A stretch of 64,000 nucleotides of DNA, from positions 4,960,001 to 5,024,000 of the forward strand of contig JBHGNT010000016.1 in NCBI GenBank assembly GCA_043228905.1. Reading direction: 5' to 3'. Positions 13,061-26,325 of this stretch are shown piece after piece. Position 1 is the stretch's first letter; each line of letters begins with the position of its first letter. The translations under genes were made by a program, and so were the position numbers. The stretch is from Azolla caroliniana (lineage: Eukaryota > Plantae > Polypodiophyta). The notes beneath the pieces are model-generated. The model was not told the origin of the DNA. It worked only from the letters and a program-made list of their open reading frames with translations, and did no database searches.

Positions 13061-14797
13061 CTACCCAGGCCTCTTTGACATCACTCTCAAAGCTTTAACC
13101 TTTTTCGCATCCTCATGCATTCCAACAGCTGCGTAGATACTAGACAGAAGTACATAGGCTTGTGTAAAATCACAATCTAGTTGTATGGCTTCATTAAAAA
13201 CCAATTTTGCGACCTTAATATTCTCCCATTTCCTACATGTGGCTAACAGTGCAAGCCAGACAGAAGGATCTTTGGAAGAGGGCATTGTCTTAATTATTGA
13301 TATTGCTTTGTCGAAGTTCCCCAAATATCCAAGCATAACCACCATGCAAGTATGGTGCTCTAACATTGGTATGATTCCATATTCTTTGCTCATCTTGTGA
13401 TAAAATGTTTGAGCTTGATCCAATTTCCTAGAGTGGTTACATGCATTGAGCATACAGAGAAATGTGACCTCGTTTGGGGAAAGGCCCTCCTTTAGTGCAT
13501 GTGAAAAACAACTTAACGCTTCACAGGCTTGGCCATTTTGTGCATATCCTGCAATCAATGCATTCCAAGAGACTATGTTTCGAGCATGAAGTTCTTCGAA
13601 GACATTCTTTGCTCTTGTAAGTGCACCGCATTTGGCATACATATCCACTAAAGCATTGCCAAGAGAAATATTGTTCTTGAGCAAGCCTCTATCAACGATC
13701 TCATCATGAATTTCCTTGCCTTTGTCTATAGCTCCGGTGGCACCAATGGCTTTCAAAATGCAAATAAAGGTGACGTCATTTGGGGAGAGACCTTCCTTTC
13801 GCATTTGTTCGAAACATAAGAGAGCTTCATGGCTTTGTCCATCTTGGGCATATCCAGCTATTATGGTCGACCAAGAGATCACATTTCGATGAGGGAGATC
13901 TTCAAGGACCATACGTGCTTTCACAAGCATACCACATTTAGCATACATAAAAACCAGGGCATTGCTGAGCACAATATTTTTAAACAATCCTTTACGAATA
14001 ATCTCATTGTGAATTTGTTTACCTTTTTCAAGATCTTGTGTATTACCACATGCCTTAAGGATGCATGCAAATGTAACCTCATTCAAAGAGAGACCCTCTC
14101 TTTGCATGAGTTCCAGACATTTTAGTGCCTCATGGTCTTGATCATGTTGGGAATACCCTGCAATTAATGCATTCCAAGAGCCTGTGTTTCTAACTGGAAG
14201 TTTTTCAAGGACTATTCGAGCCTTTTTAAGCATACCACATTTTGCATACATATCGACCAGAGCAGTGCCAATCACCACATCTTTGTCCAAGAGGCCCCCA
14301 ATTATAATCTCGTGAGAAATTTCTTCCCCATTCTTAAGATCCCCTATGCTTCCACATGCCTTCAAGATGCAAATGAAAGTGACGACATTCGGGGAAAGCC
14401 CTTCTGTCTTCATCCTAGAGAAACAATGAAGAGCTTCACGGCCTTGTCCATGCTGAGCATATCCGGCAATGAGTGCAGACCAAGAGAATACATCTCTAAC
14501 ATGAAGGTCTTCTAGAACATTCCGAGCACGAACAAGAAAGCCACATTTTGCATACATATTGATAAGACTGCTTGCAATGTGAGGGCTCTTCTGAAGCAAC
14601 CCTCTATAAAGGACCTCAGAGTGCAACCTGATGCCATTGCATACATCTTTCTTTTGGGCACAAGACTTAAGTAGCTCAACAAGCTCAAAATCAATTTTAT
14701 CTTTTTGGGTTCTGATCTCCTGAATCTTCTTCTTTGATGGTCTTCTCCATGGAAGGGATGATTGTTCTGCACCAGGAAATCTTCTCCTCTGCTGCAT
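13061..14797 (-). CDS. PLS-class pentatricopeptide repeat protein with C-terminal E domain, no DYW (candidate organellar RNA-editing factor)
   Basis: Single long ORF with repeated ALVDMYAKCG / SWNALIAGYAQ / PNxVTFxxILKACG motifs and an E-type tail (VWLALLATCR...AYVLLSSIYA). First ATG at 14797; an upstream exon is not excluded. Confidence 0.92.
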   Translation of the reverse strand: MQQRRRFPGAEQSSLPWRRPSKKKIQEIRTQKDKIDFELVELLKSCAQKKDVCNGIRLHSEVLYRGLLQKSPHIASSLINMYAKCGFLVRARNVLEDLHVRDVFSWSALIAGYAQHGQGREALHCFSRMKTEGLSPNVVTFICILKACGSIGDLKNGEEISHEIIIGGLLDKDVVIGTALVDMYAKCGMLKKARIVLEKLPVRNTGSWNALIAGYSQHDQDHEALKCLELMQREGLSLNEVTFACILKACGNTQDLEKGKQIHNEIIRKGLFKNIVLSNALVFMYAKCGMLVKARMVLEDLPHRNVISWSTIIAGYAQDGQSHEALLCFEQMRKEGLSPNDVTFICILKAIGATGAIDKGKEIHDEIVDRGLLKNNISLGNALVDMYAKCGALTRAKNVFEELHARNIVSWNALIAGYAQNGQACEALSCFSHALKEGLSPNEVTFLCMLNACNHSRKLDQAQTFYHKMSKEYGIIPMLEHHTCMVVMLGYLGNFDKAISIIKTMPSSKDPSVWLALLATCRKWENIKVAKLVFNEAIQLDCDFTQAYVLLSSIYAAVGMHEDAKKVKALRVMSKRPG

Positions 14798-17520
14798 CAA
14801 TTTCAAAAGCACAAATACAAAACCATTCAGTCACTCATATTCTCATAGTACTCACATGTTTGTAGTTGTGATCCTTCTAAATGCTTGTTCAGACTATTTG
14901 CTTATAAAATCTCTTATTCTGTCCTTCCCTTATTTTTCTTTTTTTCTTCTTCTTATTGTAATTGTTATTATTATTCACATTGTTTTGTTAGTGCTTGCTT
15001 TCGGCCGGTCGACAAATGGTCGTCTCCGAGTTCACTTTCATATCTTCATTGGACTATTGCTTACTCACCAACAATCAACAAATTATTGTCTCTAGGTTCA
15101 CTGAATTCATGTCTTCATCAACCTGCTAGACACTCAATGCTCGACAAATTAATTATTAACCCCAACCTCACTTTCATTTCTTCGTTAAATGAGCGCACCA
15201 ACAAGATGATTTGTCTTTGGTTTTGTCATGAGTGTTGGCCATTGACTCGAATAGTAACGCGCCCTTGTGTGAACATTGAGTAGTCTCCATTACATTGCCC
15301 TCGACTTTTCTTCCACAAGGAAGTGAACCCTAACCATTTTACAAAGTCTTTTGGAGAAAATAGGCGCTTGGACATTTTGAGTTGTTTCTCGATATTTGAG
15401 CCTCAAATTTGGCATGAAACATAATCAATCAATTAAAATTTTGCAGAAATAGTTAATGTGTTGGTACACTATGCAAAGTTCAAAGCCATATCCTTGTTAA
15501 GATATTTAACACAATGCTACATTATTTGTTACTGTGGTTATGCTTTATGTGTGACCTCTCGTTGTTGACCATAAAGCAAAGAGTGTGATTATGTTGAGTT
15601 GTCAACTCGTACACTATTGTGTGCTCTACGAATTCAATGGATTTTTAGTATACCTTTGAGTATCGTCTTCACATAGATTGCTTTGAGTTATAGTTTTAAC
15701 TTTAGCTCATGCATCCGTACACACAATCTCTATCTCAAATTTGGCCATCATCTTAAGTCATTGAGTTCAAACCTCAGCTTTCGTGAGCATGGTTGGTGTA
15801 CTTAATCAATAACATGGCGTTGATAGGTAATGATTTCTTGTGTTTCCTTTTAATGAATTAGGCAATTAAGTAATAGTATGAACATAAGTTAAAGTCTCTC
15901 TCTAACACGCCAATTTGCATCCCTTCCCTTCAATAAATGGACCCTTGAATTGCATGTGGCCAACCCTCAATTGTTGTTTTTTGCTTCTCCTCATAAGGAC
16001 ATGTATTAACTTACAAGCATCCTTATTACATTATCCTCATGAATCTTGAATTACATACTTGTCGAACAGATGTGGCTTGCTTGATCCCCTATTATTGACA
16101 CATAGCAAAGTTGTTCATGATTTTAACATAAGTAGGTTGTATAGTCCTTCATGACATGATAGAAGTTGGTTAGTCCGTAATGACATACATAATCGAAAGG
16201 ATGTCTGAATGAGAGGTATTTTCACCCATATTCACCATGGGTGTGAAGAAATATAACATATACATGTATAAGTTGCTAGCGCAATGGTTTATCTAAACAT
16301 GCTCGAGGTTTTATCGATTAAGGACACCTTGATCTTGAGTTGACTAAGAGTGTGTGATATTGTTACCAAAGCCCATTTTACCTTGATTCTAATAATGTGT
16401 GAGTGAACTTAAGGATTGTGGCACCTTCTGTTCTTGCTTGATTGACTTCATTAGCAATTGCTTGTTTTGCCAGAAATCGAATGCCGCTTAGAGGATGGCG
16501 ATTCCAAAGAGGGACAAAAGAATTGTAGTGATAGGGGGGGCAACACAAGAACTGAAATCAACCACATTTCTCATTATCAAAACAATCTATGTATACACAT
16601 AGTGCCACAAAACGCACACACTCTTTGCTCTCTCTTCAAACTGGTGTAGTAAAGTTTCGAGCACTACACACAAAGAGGGAGGAGGGAAACACTTTGGAAG
16701 AAGAGCCAGGATGTGTGTATGAATGTTTATTGTATTGTATTGTATTGTATTGGTCAATGTATTATGTCACCACCACTTGACTAACCAAAACTATCAATAA
16801 ATACATACATACGTATAGTTACCCGTTCTCTCAAATGTCATGTAAAAGAAGAGCCAGGATGTGTGTATGAATGTTTATTGTATTGTATTGGTCAATGTAT
16901 TATGTCACCACCACTTGACTAACCAAAACTATCAATACATACATACATACGTATAGTTACCCGTTCTCTCAAATGAACACTTTCACACGTAGGCGGACAG
17001 AATGGATGGACGGACAGCTTCCACACACACAAACACAAATACAATTGGGAAGAGCTTTTCTTCTAGTGACCGTTGCAGACTCCTCTATCTCTCTGTCTAC
17101 TACCACACCATATAAAAAAGCAATTACCACCATAGCCGTAGCATATCCTCCCCTGCTCTCTGGCTCTCATCTGAAAGATCTCTCTTTCTCTCGATTTTAT
17201 TTACAACTCGCACTCTCATCGCTCTCTGTGATTGCACTCCAAATCTTTACTTGGCATTCTACGCCCTGAAGGATTTTCTGCGATCTGATTTTATCATTCT
17301 GTTGTCATCGTTGCGTTGTTCATCGATAAATCTCTCTTTGTTCATTTACATTAAACGTGAAGCTTAATTTTCTTAATTTTTGTCTGTGTGCTATACTAAC
17401 CCCCCTCCTCCCTTTTGTGGAGGAGCAGCCGCAGCCGTAGCTGTAGCAGTATATTTCGTATTGTCTTTTTTGTCTTCTATCTGTTTGTTTTGTTTTTGCA
17501 TCGATCTACGAATAGGAATT

Positions 17521-17616
17521 ATGGCCGCTCCTGGATCATGCGTAAGGCAGGCTCTGAGCGATCGCGCAGCAACAGCAGAACCTCTTCAATCCAAGAAGAC
17601 ACAGCAGCAAAATCAG
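17521..17616 (+). CDS. CDC20: CDC20 exon 1 in the duplicated block, cut off by the N gap
   Basis: Identical to 24247-24342, followed by GT donor; intron 1 ends in the gap. Confidence 0.6.
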
Positions 17617-17830
17617 GTGAGCATCCATTTTATTATGCATAGCGATCATACATATATGCTAATAATATGTAAATCCGATGTGTTTATTGAGTATTTCGCT
17701 CCCAAATCACGTTTCTTTCCCCGTAAAACATCCGATCTTTCGTTTCCAAAATAATTCTTCCATCTTCTTGCAAACCACCTTCTTGAAATGATTCTAAAAC
17801 ATCTGATTCTTTCGTTTCCAAAATACTTCT

Positions 17831-17930
17831 NNNNNNNNNNNNNNNNNNNNNNNNNNNNNNNNNNNNNNNNNNNNNNNNNNNNNNNNNNNNNNNNNNNNNN
17901 NNNNNNNNNNNNNNNNNNNNNNNNNNNNNN
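17831..17930. other. Scaffold gap (100 N)
   Basis: Run of 100 n. Confidence 0.99.
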
Positions 17931-18434
17931 GATTACCTTGCAAAGCCTTTGGATGTTTTCAAAGAGATGAGGAGAGTGCTCAAGCCAGGTGGACTCGCTA
18001 TTATGAGGTTAGTAACTATGGGATGTGCAATTTCTTCCAACATGACAAATTCATTTTTTTCATGTTACAGCTTTGTGGTATGTTAATTGGCAGTTTTTCA
18101 AATCGTTGTTTCTGGACCAAAGCAATTTCAATATGGACAGGAACTGGAGACGTGGATCATGTGTATATTGTTGGTTCATACTTCCACTATACCGGAGGCT
18201 TTGAGCCACCTCAGGCAAGTCTTTGGTCATTTCAACTATTCTGTTTACAATTAGATGATTTAAGTAACCATTGCGCTTCCGTAATAATCATAAAGCAAGT
18301 GATGCTATAAATTATAGTAAATGTGACAGTCCTTTTTTGATATATTATTGTATGTGTAGGCACTTGATATATCTCCGAATCCGGGGAGGACAGATCCAAT
18401 GTATGTTGTTTTCTCAAGAAAGCTTCAAAGCTAA
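17931..18434 (+). CDS. 3' exons (partial exon 6, exons 7 and 8) of the methyltransferase gene, duplicate copy
   Basis: Same coding sequence as 11205-11708 shifted by 6726. Confidence 0.6.
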
Positions 18435-19786
18435 TTACCTTAAAATGGAATATGCCTCTCAAAAATGTAGATTACAACAACATAATGGTGTATCAAAATT
18501 AACGAAATGGATAGAACACCCACTTCGAAACACATCTAATGACAAGATGAAGTTGGTTTCAACACTGCAATAAAATTAAATTCTTTTGTGGCACCCATAG
18601 CACAAGATGAAGCTTCTCTAATATGAAATTTGGTCCATTCCATTACAATTCATAAAATAACATATCATGCTCCTAGAAGAGACTTTCAATATGTATCCTA
18701 CCCTCCAAATGTATGTATATCATGTAAAGGGAACGGATCAAATGTTAATGTACAGCATGTGGAAATTTTCTTTACTAAACTATTCAGAAATTCTAAAAAC
18801 TTGTAGGATTTTTCCTAAGCTTATCAACGGAACTGTTAGCACCAACACTATCAAATGAGAAAATTTCATTTAAACTTGAATGAGTATTCAATCCAAGAAA
18901 AACAAATTCAATCGAAGATAGTTTGAATTGGATCATGGATTGGCAAATTTCAAAAGTTGTGAATTGTCCATTGATGAATCTCTGGACATGATTTGTGATC
19001 AGATTATTGTGCTACAAGATCATCTTAACAATTGTACATTGGATCATTGTAATGACTAGATTACTGCTTGTTTGGAAGTAGTTGTGGGCTGTGGCATGAT
19101 TGAGCTTAGGAGGAAAGAGCTTTATTTGCATGTGCTGTGTAGAAGAATAGAGAGTGCAAGGGTAAACTTTGGTTTATGGTTATCACTACTGATTATACAA
19201 GGACTGGTATGAATAGTCATAGTTGCAAAGGGATGGGAGTGCTTGCTTGTGATTTTCCTTGAAGATATCTTGGACTGGCAAAATTCAAGCGATGGCTTTA
19301 GTGGCATAATATCTGTGATGTCGTCCCTGAATGTGTTACTTTTCAAACTCCCTCTTGCAGCCCTCTGTTATGATAATTGTTGGCCTTTCACACCCATTTA
19401 ACTGCCTTTGCATGATCTGGATATGTGCATCCAACACAATTTTTTGACCATGATGATATGTTTCGATCACAATTGTTGCCTTGAATCTGGTGAAAAACTA
19501 GCCAGAAATCACAAGGCAAATTGTTTTGATCGTAGTTTAGGACATTTAATACCATAACCTAGAAGAATCAGAACCAGAAATAATGATCATCGATGTAATG
19601 ATGTCTTCTAATTGGACATAGATATTTGTATGGGGAGATCACACTCTTGCCTTGGTGTACAATCCCTTTAAATGGTTCCCTTTGTACAAACAGGGTTTTA
19701 GATGCCCTTCAGTGTGCTATGTTTATAAAATTTACAAGTAACCCCGTCGGAAGGCAATGCTAAAACGCTAGATAAACCCACATGCT

Positions 19787-21523
19787 CTACCCAGGCCTCT
19801 TTGACATCACTCTCAAAGCTTTAACCTTTTTCGCATCCTCATGCATTCCAACAGCTGCGTAGATACTAGACAGAAGTACATAGGCTTGTGTAAAATCACA
19901 ATCTAGTTGTATGGCTTCATTAAAAACCAATTTTGCGACCTTAATATTCTCCCATTTCCTACATGTGGCTAACAGTGCAAGCCAGACAGAAGGATCTTTG
20001 GAAGAGGGCATTGTCTTAATTATTGATATTGCTTTGTCGAAGTTCCCCAAATATCCAAGCATAACCACCATGCAAGTATGGTGCTCTAACATTGGTATGA
20101 TTCCATATTCTTTGCTCATCTTGTGATAAAATGTTTGAGCTTGATCCAATTTCCTAGAGTGGTTACATGCATTGAGCATACAGAGAAATGTGACCTCGTT
20201 TGGGGAAAGGCCCTCCTTTAGTGCATGTGAAAAACAACTTAACGCTTCACAGGCTTGGCCATTTTGTGCATATCCTGCAATCAATGCATTCCAAGAGACT
20301 ATGTTTCGAGCATGAAGTTCTTCGAAGACATTCTTTGCTCTTGTAAGTGCACCGCATTTGGCATACATATCCACTAAAGCATTGCCAAGAGAAATATTGT
20401 TCTTGAGCAAGCCTCTATCAACGATCTCATCATGAATTTCCTTGCCTTTGTCTATAGCTCCGGTGGCACCAATGGCTTTCAAAATGCAAATAAAGGTGAC
20501 GTCATTTGGGGAGAGACCTTCCTTTCGCATTTGTTCGAAACATAAGAGAGCTTCATGGCTTTGTCCATCTTGGGCATATCCAGCTATTATGGTCGACCAA
20601 GAGATCACATTTCGATGAGGGAGATCTTCAAGGACCATACGTGCTTTCACAAGCATACCACATTTAGCATACATAAAAACCAGGGCATTGCTGAGCACAA
20701 TATTTTTAAACAATCCTTTACGAATAATCTCATTGTGAATTTGTTTACCTTTTTCAAGATCTTGTGTATTACCACATGCCTTAAGGATGCATGCAAATGT
20801 AACCTCATTCAAAGAGAGACCCTCTCTTTGCATGAGTTCCAGACATTTTAGTGCCTCATGGTCTTGATCATGTTGGGAATACCCTGCAATTAATGCATTC
20901 CAAGAGCCTGTGTTTCTAACTGGAAGTTTTTCAAGGACTATTCGAGCCTTTTTAAGCATACCACATTTTGCATACATATCGACCAGAGCAGTGCCAATCA
21001 CCACATCTTTGTCCAAGAGGCCCCCAATTATAATCTCGTGAGAAATTTCTTCCCCATTCTTAAGATCCCCTATGCTTCCACATGCCTTCAAGATGCAAAT
21101 GAAAGTGACGACATTCGGGGAAAGCCCTTCTGTCTTCATCCTAGAGAAACAATGAAGAGCTTCACGGCCTTGTCCATGCTGAGCATATCCGGCAATGAGT
21201 GCAGACCAAGAGAATACATCTCTAACATGAAGGTCTTCTAGAACATTCCGAGCACGAACAAGAAAGCCACATTTTGCATACATATTGATAAGACTGCTTG
21301 CAATGTGAGGGCTCTTCTGAAGCAACCCTCTATAAAGGACCTCAGAGTGCAACCTGATGCCATTGCATACATCTTTCTTTTGGGCACAAGACTTAAGTAG
21401 CTCAACAAGCTCAAAATCAATTTTATCTTTTTGGGTTCTGATCTCCTGAATCTTCTTCTTTGATGGTCTTCTCCATGGAAGGGATGATTGTTCTGCACCA
21501 GGAAATCTTCTCCTCTGCTGCAT
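19787..21523 (-). CDS. PLS-E PPR protein, duplicate copy
   Basis: Translation identical to the 13061-14812 ORF. Confidence 0.85.
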   Translation of the reverse strand: MQQRRRFPGAEQSSLPWRRPSKKKIQEIRTQKDKIDFELVELLKSCAQKKDVCNGIRLHSEVLYRGLLQKSPHIASSLINMYAKCGFLVRARNVLEDLHVRDVFSWSALIAGYAQHGQGREALHCFSRMKTEGLSPNVVTFICILKACGSIGDLKNGEEISHEIIIGGLLDKDVVIGTALVDMYAKCGMLKKARIVLEKLPVRNTGSWNALIAGYSQHDQDHEALKCLELMQREGLSLNEVTFACILKACGNTQDLEKGKQIHNEIIRKGLFKNIVLSNALVFMYAKCGMLVKARMVLEDLPHRNVISWSTIIAGYAQDGQSHEALLCFEQMRKEGLSPNDVTFICILKAIGATGAIDKGKEIHDEIVDRGLLKNNISLGNALVDMYAKCGALTRAKNVFEELHARNIVSWNALIAGYAQNGQACEALSCFSHALKEGLSPNEVTFLCMLNACNHSRKLDQAQTFYHKMSKEYGIIPMLEHHTCMVVMLGYLGNFDKAISIIKTMPSSKDPSVWLALLATCRKWENIKVAKLVFNEAIQLDCDFTQAYVLLSSIYAAVGMHEDAKKVKALRVMSKRPG

Positions 21524-23422
21524 CAATTTCAAAAGCACAAATACAAAACCATTCAGTCACTCATATTCTCATAGTACTCACATGTTTGTAGTTGTGATCC
21601 TTCTAAATGCTTGTTCAGACTATTTGCTTATAAAATCTCTTATTCTGTCCTTCCCTTATTTTTCTTTTTTTCTTCTTCTTATTGTAATTGTTATTATTAT
21701 TCACATTGTTTTGTTAGTGCTTGCTTTCGGCCGGTCGACAAATGGTCGTCTCCGAGTTCACTTTCATATCTTCATTGGACTATTGCTTACTCACCAACAA
21801 TCAACAAATTATTGTCTCTAGGTTCACTGAATTCATGTCTTCATCAACCTGCTAGACACTCAATGCTCGACAAATTAATTATTAACCCCAACCTCACTTT
21901 CATTTCTTCGTTAAATGAGCGCACCAACAAGATGATTTGTCTTTGGTTTTGTCATGAGTGTTGGCCATTGACTCGAATAGTAACGCGCCCTTGTGTGAAC
22001 ATTGAGTAGTCTCCATTACATTGCCCTCGACTTTTCTTCCACAAGGAAGTGAACCCTAACCATTTTACAAAGTCTTTTGGAGAAAATAGGCGCTTGGACA
22101 TTTTGAGTTGTTTCTCGATATTTGAGCCTCAAATTTGGCATGAAACATAATCAATCAATTAAAATTTTGCAGAAATAGTTAATGTGTTGGTACACTATGC
22201 AAAGTTCAAAGCCATATCCTTGTTAAGATATTTAACACAATGCTACATTATTTGTTACTGTGGTTATGCTTTATGTGTGACCTCTCGTTGTTGACCATAA
22301 AGCAAAGAGTGTGATTATGTTGAGTTGTCAACTCGTACACTATTGTGTGCTCTACGAATTCAATGGATTTTTAGTATACCTTTGAGTATCGTCTTCACAT
22401 AGATTGCTTTGAGTTATAGTTTTAACTTTAGCTCATGCATCCGTACACACAATCTCTATCTCAAATTTGGCCATCATCTTAAGTCATTGAGTTCAAACCT
22501 CAGCTTTCGTGAGCATGGTTGGTGTACTTAATCAATAACATGGCGTTGATAGGTAATGATTTCTTGTGTTTCCTTTTAATGAATTAGGCAATTAAGTAAT
22601 AGTATGAACATAAGTTAAAGTCTCTCTCTAACACGCCAATTTGCATCCCTTCCCTTCAATAAATGGACCCTTGAATTGCATGTGGCCAACCCTCAATTGT
22701 TGTTTTTTGCTTCTCCTCATAAGGACATGTATTAACTTACAAGCATCCTTATTACATTATCCTCATGAATCTTGAATTACATACTTGTCGAACAGATGTG
22801 GCTTGCTTGATCCCCTATTATTGACACATAGCAAAGTTGTTCATGATTTTAACATAAGTAGGTTGTATAGTCCTTCATGACATGATAGAAGTTGGTTAGT
22901 CCGTAATGACATACATAATCGAAAGGATGTCTGAATGAGAGGTATTTTCACCCATATTCACCATGGGTGTGAAGAAATATAACATATACATGTATAAGTT
23001 GCTAGCGCAATGGTTTATCTAAACATGCTCGAGGTTTTATCGATTAAGGACACCTTGATCTTGAGTTGACTAAGAGTGTGTGATATTGTTACCAAAGCCC
23101 ATTTTACCTTGATTCTAATAATGTGTGAGTGAACTTAAGGATTGTGGCACCTTCTGTTCTTGCTTGATTGACTTCATTAGCAATTGCTTGTTTTGCCAGA
23201 AATCGAATGCCGCTTAGAGGATGGCGATTCCAAAGAGGGACAAAAGAATTGTAGTGATAGGGGGGGCAACACAAGAACTGAAATCAACCACATTTCTCAT
23301 TATCAAAACAATCTATGTATACACATAGTGCCACAAAACGCACACACTCTTTGCTCTCTCTTCAAACTGGTGTAGTAAAGTTTCGAGCACTACACACAAA
23401 GAGGGAGGAGGGAAACACTTTG

Positions 23423-23701
23423 GAAGAAGAGCCAGGATGTGTGTATGAATGTTTATTGTATTGTATTGTATTGTATTGGTCAATGTATTATGTCACCACC
23501 ACTTGACTAACCAAAACTATCAATAAATACATACATACGTATAGTTACCCGTTCTCTCAAATGTCATGTAAAAGAAGAGCCAGGATGTGTGTATGAATGT
23601 TTATTGTATTGTATTGGTCAATGTATTATGTCACCACCACTTGACTAACCAAAACTATCAATACATACATACATACGTATAGTTACCCGTTCTCTCAAAT
23701 G
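23423..23701 (+). repeat. ~145-bp direct tandem duplication in the CDC20 upstream region (also at ~16697-16975)
   Basis: aagaagagccaggatgtgtgtatgaatg...gttacccgttctctcaaatg occurs twice in tandem; single copy in the inverted paralog near 620-710. Confidence 0.8.
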
Positions 23702-24246
23702 AACACTTTCACACGTAGGCGGACAGAATGGATGGACGGACAGCTTCCACACACACAAACACAAATACAATTGGGAAGAGCTTTTCTTCTAGTGACCGTT
23801 GCAGACTCCTCTATCTCTCTGTCTACTACCACACCATATAAAAAAGCAATTACCACCATAGCCGTAGCATATCCTCCCCTGCTCTCTGGCTCTCATCTGA
23901 AAGATCTCTCTTTCTCTCGATTTTATTTACAACTCGCACTCTCATCGCTCTCTGTGATTGCACTCCAAATCTTTACTTGGCATTCTACGCCCTGAAGGAT
24001 TTTCTGCGATCTGATTTTATCATTCTGTTGTCATCGTTGCGTTGTTCATCGATAAATCTCTCTTTGTTCATTTACATTAAACGTGAAGCTTAATTTTCTT
24101 AATTTTTGTCTGTGTGCTATACTAACCCCCCTCCTCCCTTTTGTGGAGGAGCAGCCGCAGCCGTAGCTGTAGCAGTATATTTCGTATTGTCTTTTTTGTC
24201 TTCTATCTGTTTGTTTTGTTTTTGCATCGATCTACGAATAGGAATT

Positions 24247-26325
24247 ATGGCCGCTCCTGGATCATGCGTAAGGCAGGCTCTGAGCGATCGCGCAGCAACA
24301 GCAGAACCTCTTCAATCCAAGAAGACACAGCAGCAAAATCAGGTGAGCATCCATTTTATTATGCATAGCGATCATACATATATGCTAATAATATGTAAAT
24401 CCGATGTGTTTATTGAGTATTTCGCTCCCAAATCACGTTTCTTTCCCCGTAAAACATCCGATCTTTCGTTTCCAAAATAATTCTTCCATCTTCTTGCAAA
24501 CCACCTTCTTGAAATGATTCTAAAACATCTGATTCTTTCGTTTCCAAAATACTTCTAGCATCTCCTTGTAAATCACCTCGTAATTTGAAGGATCGCTGAA
24601 ACATCCAATTCTTTCTTTTTTCTTTCAAAAGCCTCTTAAATGATTTAAAATTTTATGTATGAATCAGGGATGTCGATTCATTGCATCGAGGACCGCCATG
24701 GACTTCGAAGTCGCCAATTACATGCTCTCGAAAGAGAACGTGGACAGCGAGCTACCGATCCAAAATGTATGATTATTATGCCTGCTGATTATTATGATTC
24801 TACGTTTCACCCTAACGAAATCCGTTCATGGATCGATTCCAGAGTGATTTTTTTTTAATAAATATATTGGATTGCGAAAATTCATTGCAGGAGGAATATC
24901 GGAAGCAATTGGCTGGGAACATCATGAACAAGAACTCAAGAGTCCTTGCGTTCAAGAGCAAGCCTCCTCCCCCTCCCGAGGGATTCGAGAGGAACGCGCG
25001 ATTGCTCTACTCTGAGAACATTCAGTCAACCGCTGCTCCCAAGCGCAACAAGATCTTCCGTCACATTCCCCAGGTACATTCATTATACATATACATAACA
25101 TATATCGCCATAGTGATTCATTATTCATCCACCGAAAATGTTGCAAACGTTTTTCTGCTTCTATTCTGACCCTTCCTTAATTTTGGTTGCGCAGTCTGCA
25201 GAGCGAACCCTGGACGCGCCAGAGCTGCTGGATGACTACTATCTGAACCTCCTGGATTGGAGTTCGAAGAACGTGGTCTCCATTGCTCTGGGTAACACCG
25301 TCTACCTGTGGCACGCGACCTCCGGTTCCATCGAGGAGCTGATGCAAGTTGGGGATGAGGAAGGTCCCGTGACTAGCGTCAACTGGGGCCCCGATGGGAA
25401 GCACATCGCTGTTGGTCTGGATAACGGCGAGGTTCAGCTCTGGGATTCCACGGCCCTGTGCAAAGTGAGGACCATGAAGGGCCACAGTGGGAGGGTTGGA
25501 AGCTTGGCATGGAATGGCGGCCCCATTCTGAGCTCAGGGAGCCGGGATAACACCATCTTCAACCACGATGGTGAGTGAGGTCCATATCCATTCTGATCTT
25601 TCTTTGCATTCATTCTCTGCTGGATAGCATAAGCATATTGAGATGTGTATTTGGTTCTCTGTACGTATGTGGCAGTGCGCATCCGAGATCATGTGATCAC
25701 GAAGATGTGCTCTCACGAGCAAGAGGTGTGCGGGCTGAAGTGGTCTCTGTCGGGGCAGCAGCTTGCGAGCGGGGGGAACGACAACCTCCTGCACCTGTGG
25801 GATGCCAAGATGATGACCAGCGGAGCCCCGACCTCGTACCTGCACCGGCTGGAGGAGCATCGCGCTGCCGTGAAGGCCCTGGCATGGTGCCCCTTCCAGA
25901 GCAACCTCCTGGCCACCGGCGGAGGCACCGCAGACGGCTGCATCAAGTTCTGGAACACGCAGACGGGCGCCTGCCTCAACAGCGTAGACACCCACTCGCA
26001 GGTCTGCTCCCTCCAATGGAGCAGGCACGAGAAGGAGCTGCTGAGCTCCCATGGCTTCAGCCAGAACCAGCTGTGCCTGTGGAAGTACCCCAGCATGACG
26101 AAGATGGCGGAGCTGAGGGGCCACACCTCCAGGGTCCTGCACATGGCGCAGAGCCCCGACGGCTACACCGTCGCATCGGCAGCGGGGGACGAGACCCTCC
26201 GCTTCTGGCAAGTCTTCGGGACTCCCGACAACACCAGCAAGCAACAGCAACAACAGCAGCTGCTGAAGTCCAGGAGCGCAGACACTGGGTGCATGAGCAG
26301 CACCAGCTGTACCATGATCCGGTGA
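24247..26325 (+). CDS. CDC20: Cell division cycle 20 (APC/C activator, WD40); exons 24247-24342, 24668-24766, 24891-25073, 25195-25570, 25676-26325
   Basis: C-box-like CRFIASR, KEN box, MAD2-binding [74 protein letters not shown] and C-terminal IR tail; GT-AG introns in phase. Confidence 0.95.

Larger units (their letters stand above)
11205..17830 (+). repeat. 6,626-bp block, copy 1 (near-identical to 17931-24556)
   Basis: Constant offset of 6726; ORF track identical in both copies; one mismatch spotted (11335 T vs 18061 C). Confidence 0.95.
17931..24556 (+). repeat. 6,626-bp block, copy 2
   Basis: Begins at the first base after the gap and matches 11205-17830. Confidence 0.95.

Noticed and set aside
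16973-17269. 98-aa ORF conserved in three places (also 324-695 and 23699-23995)
   Set aside because: Overlaps the CDC20 promoter, TATA and CT-rich UTR; conservation is explained by duplication, and there is no recognisable domain.
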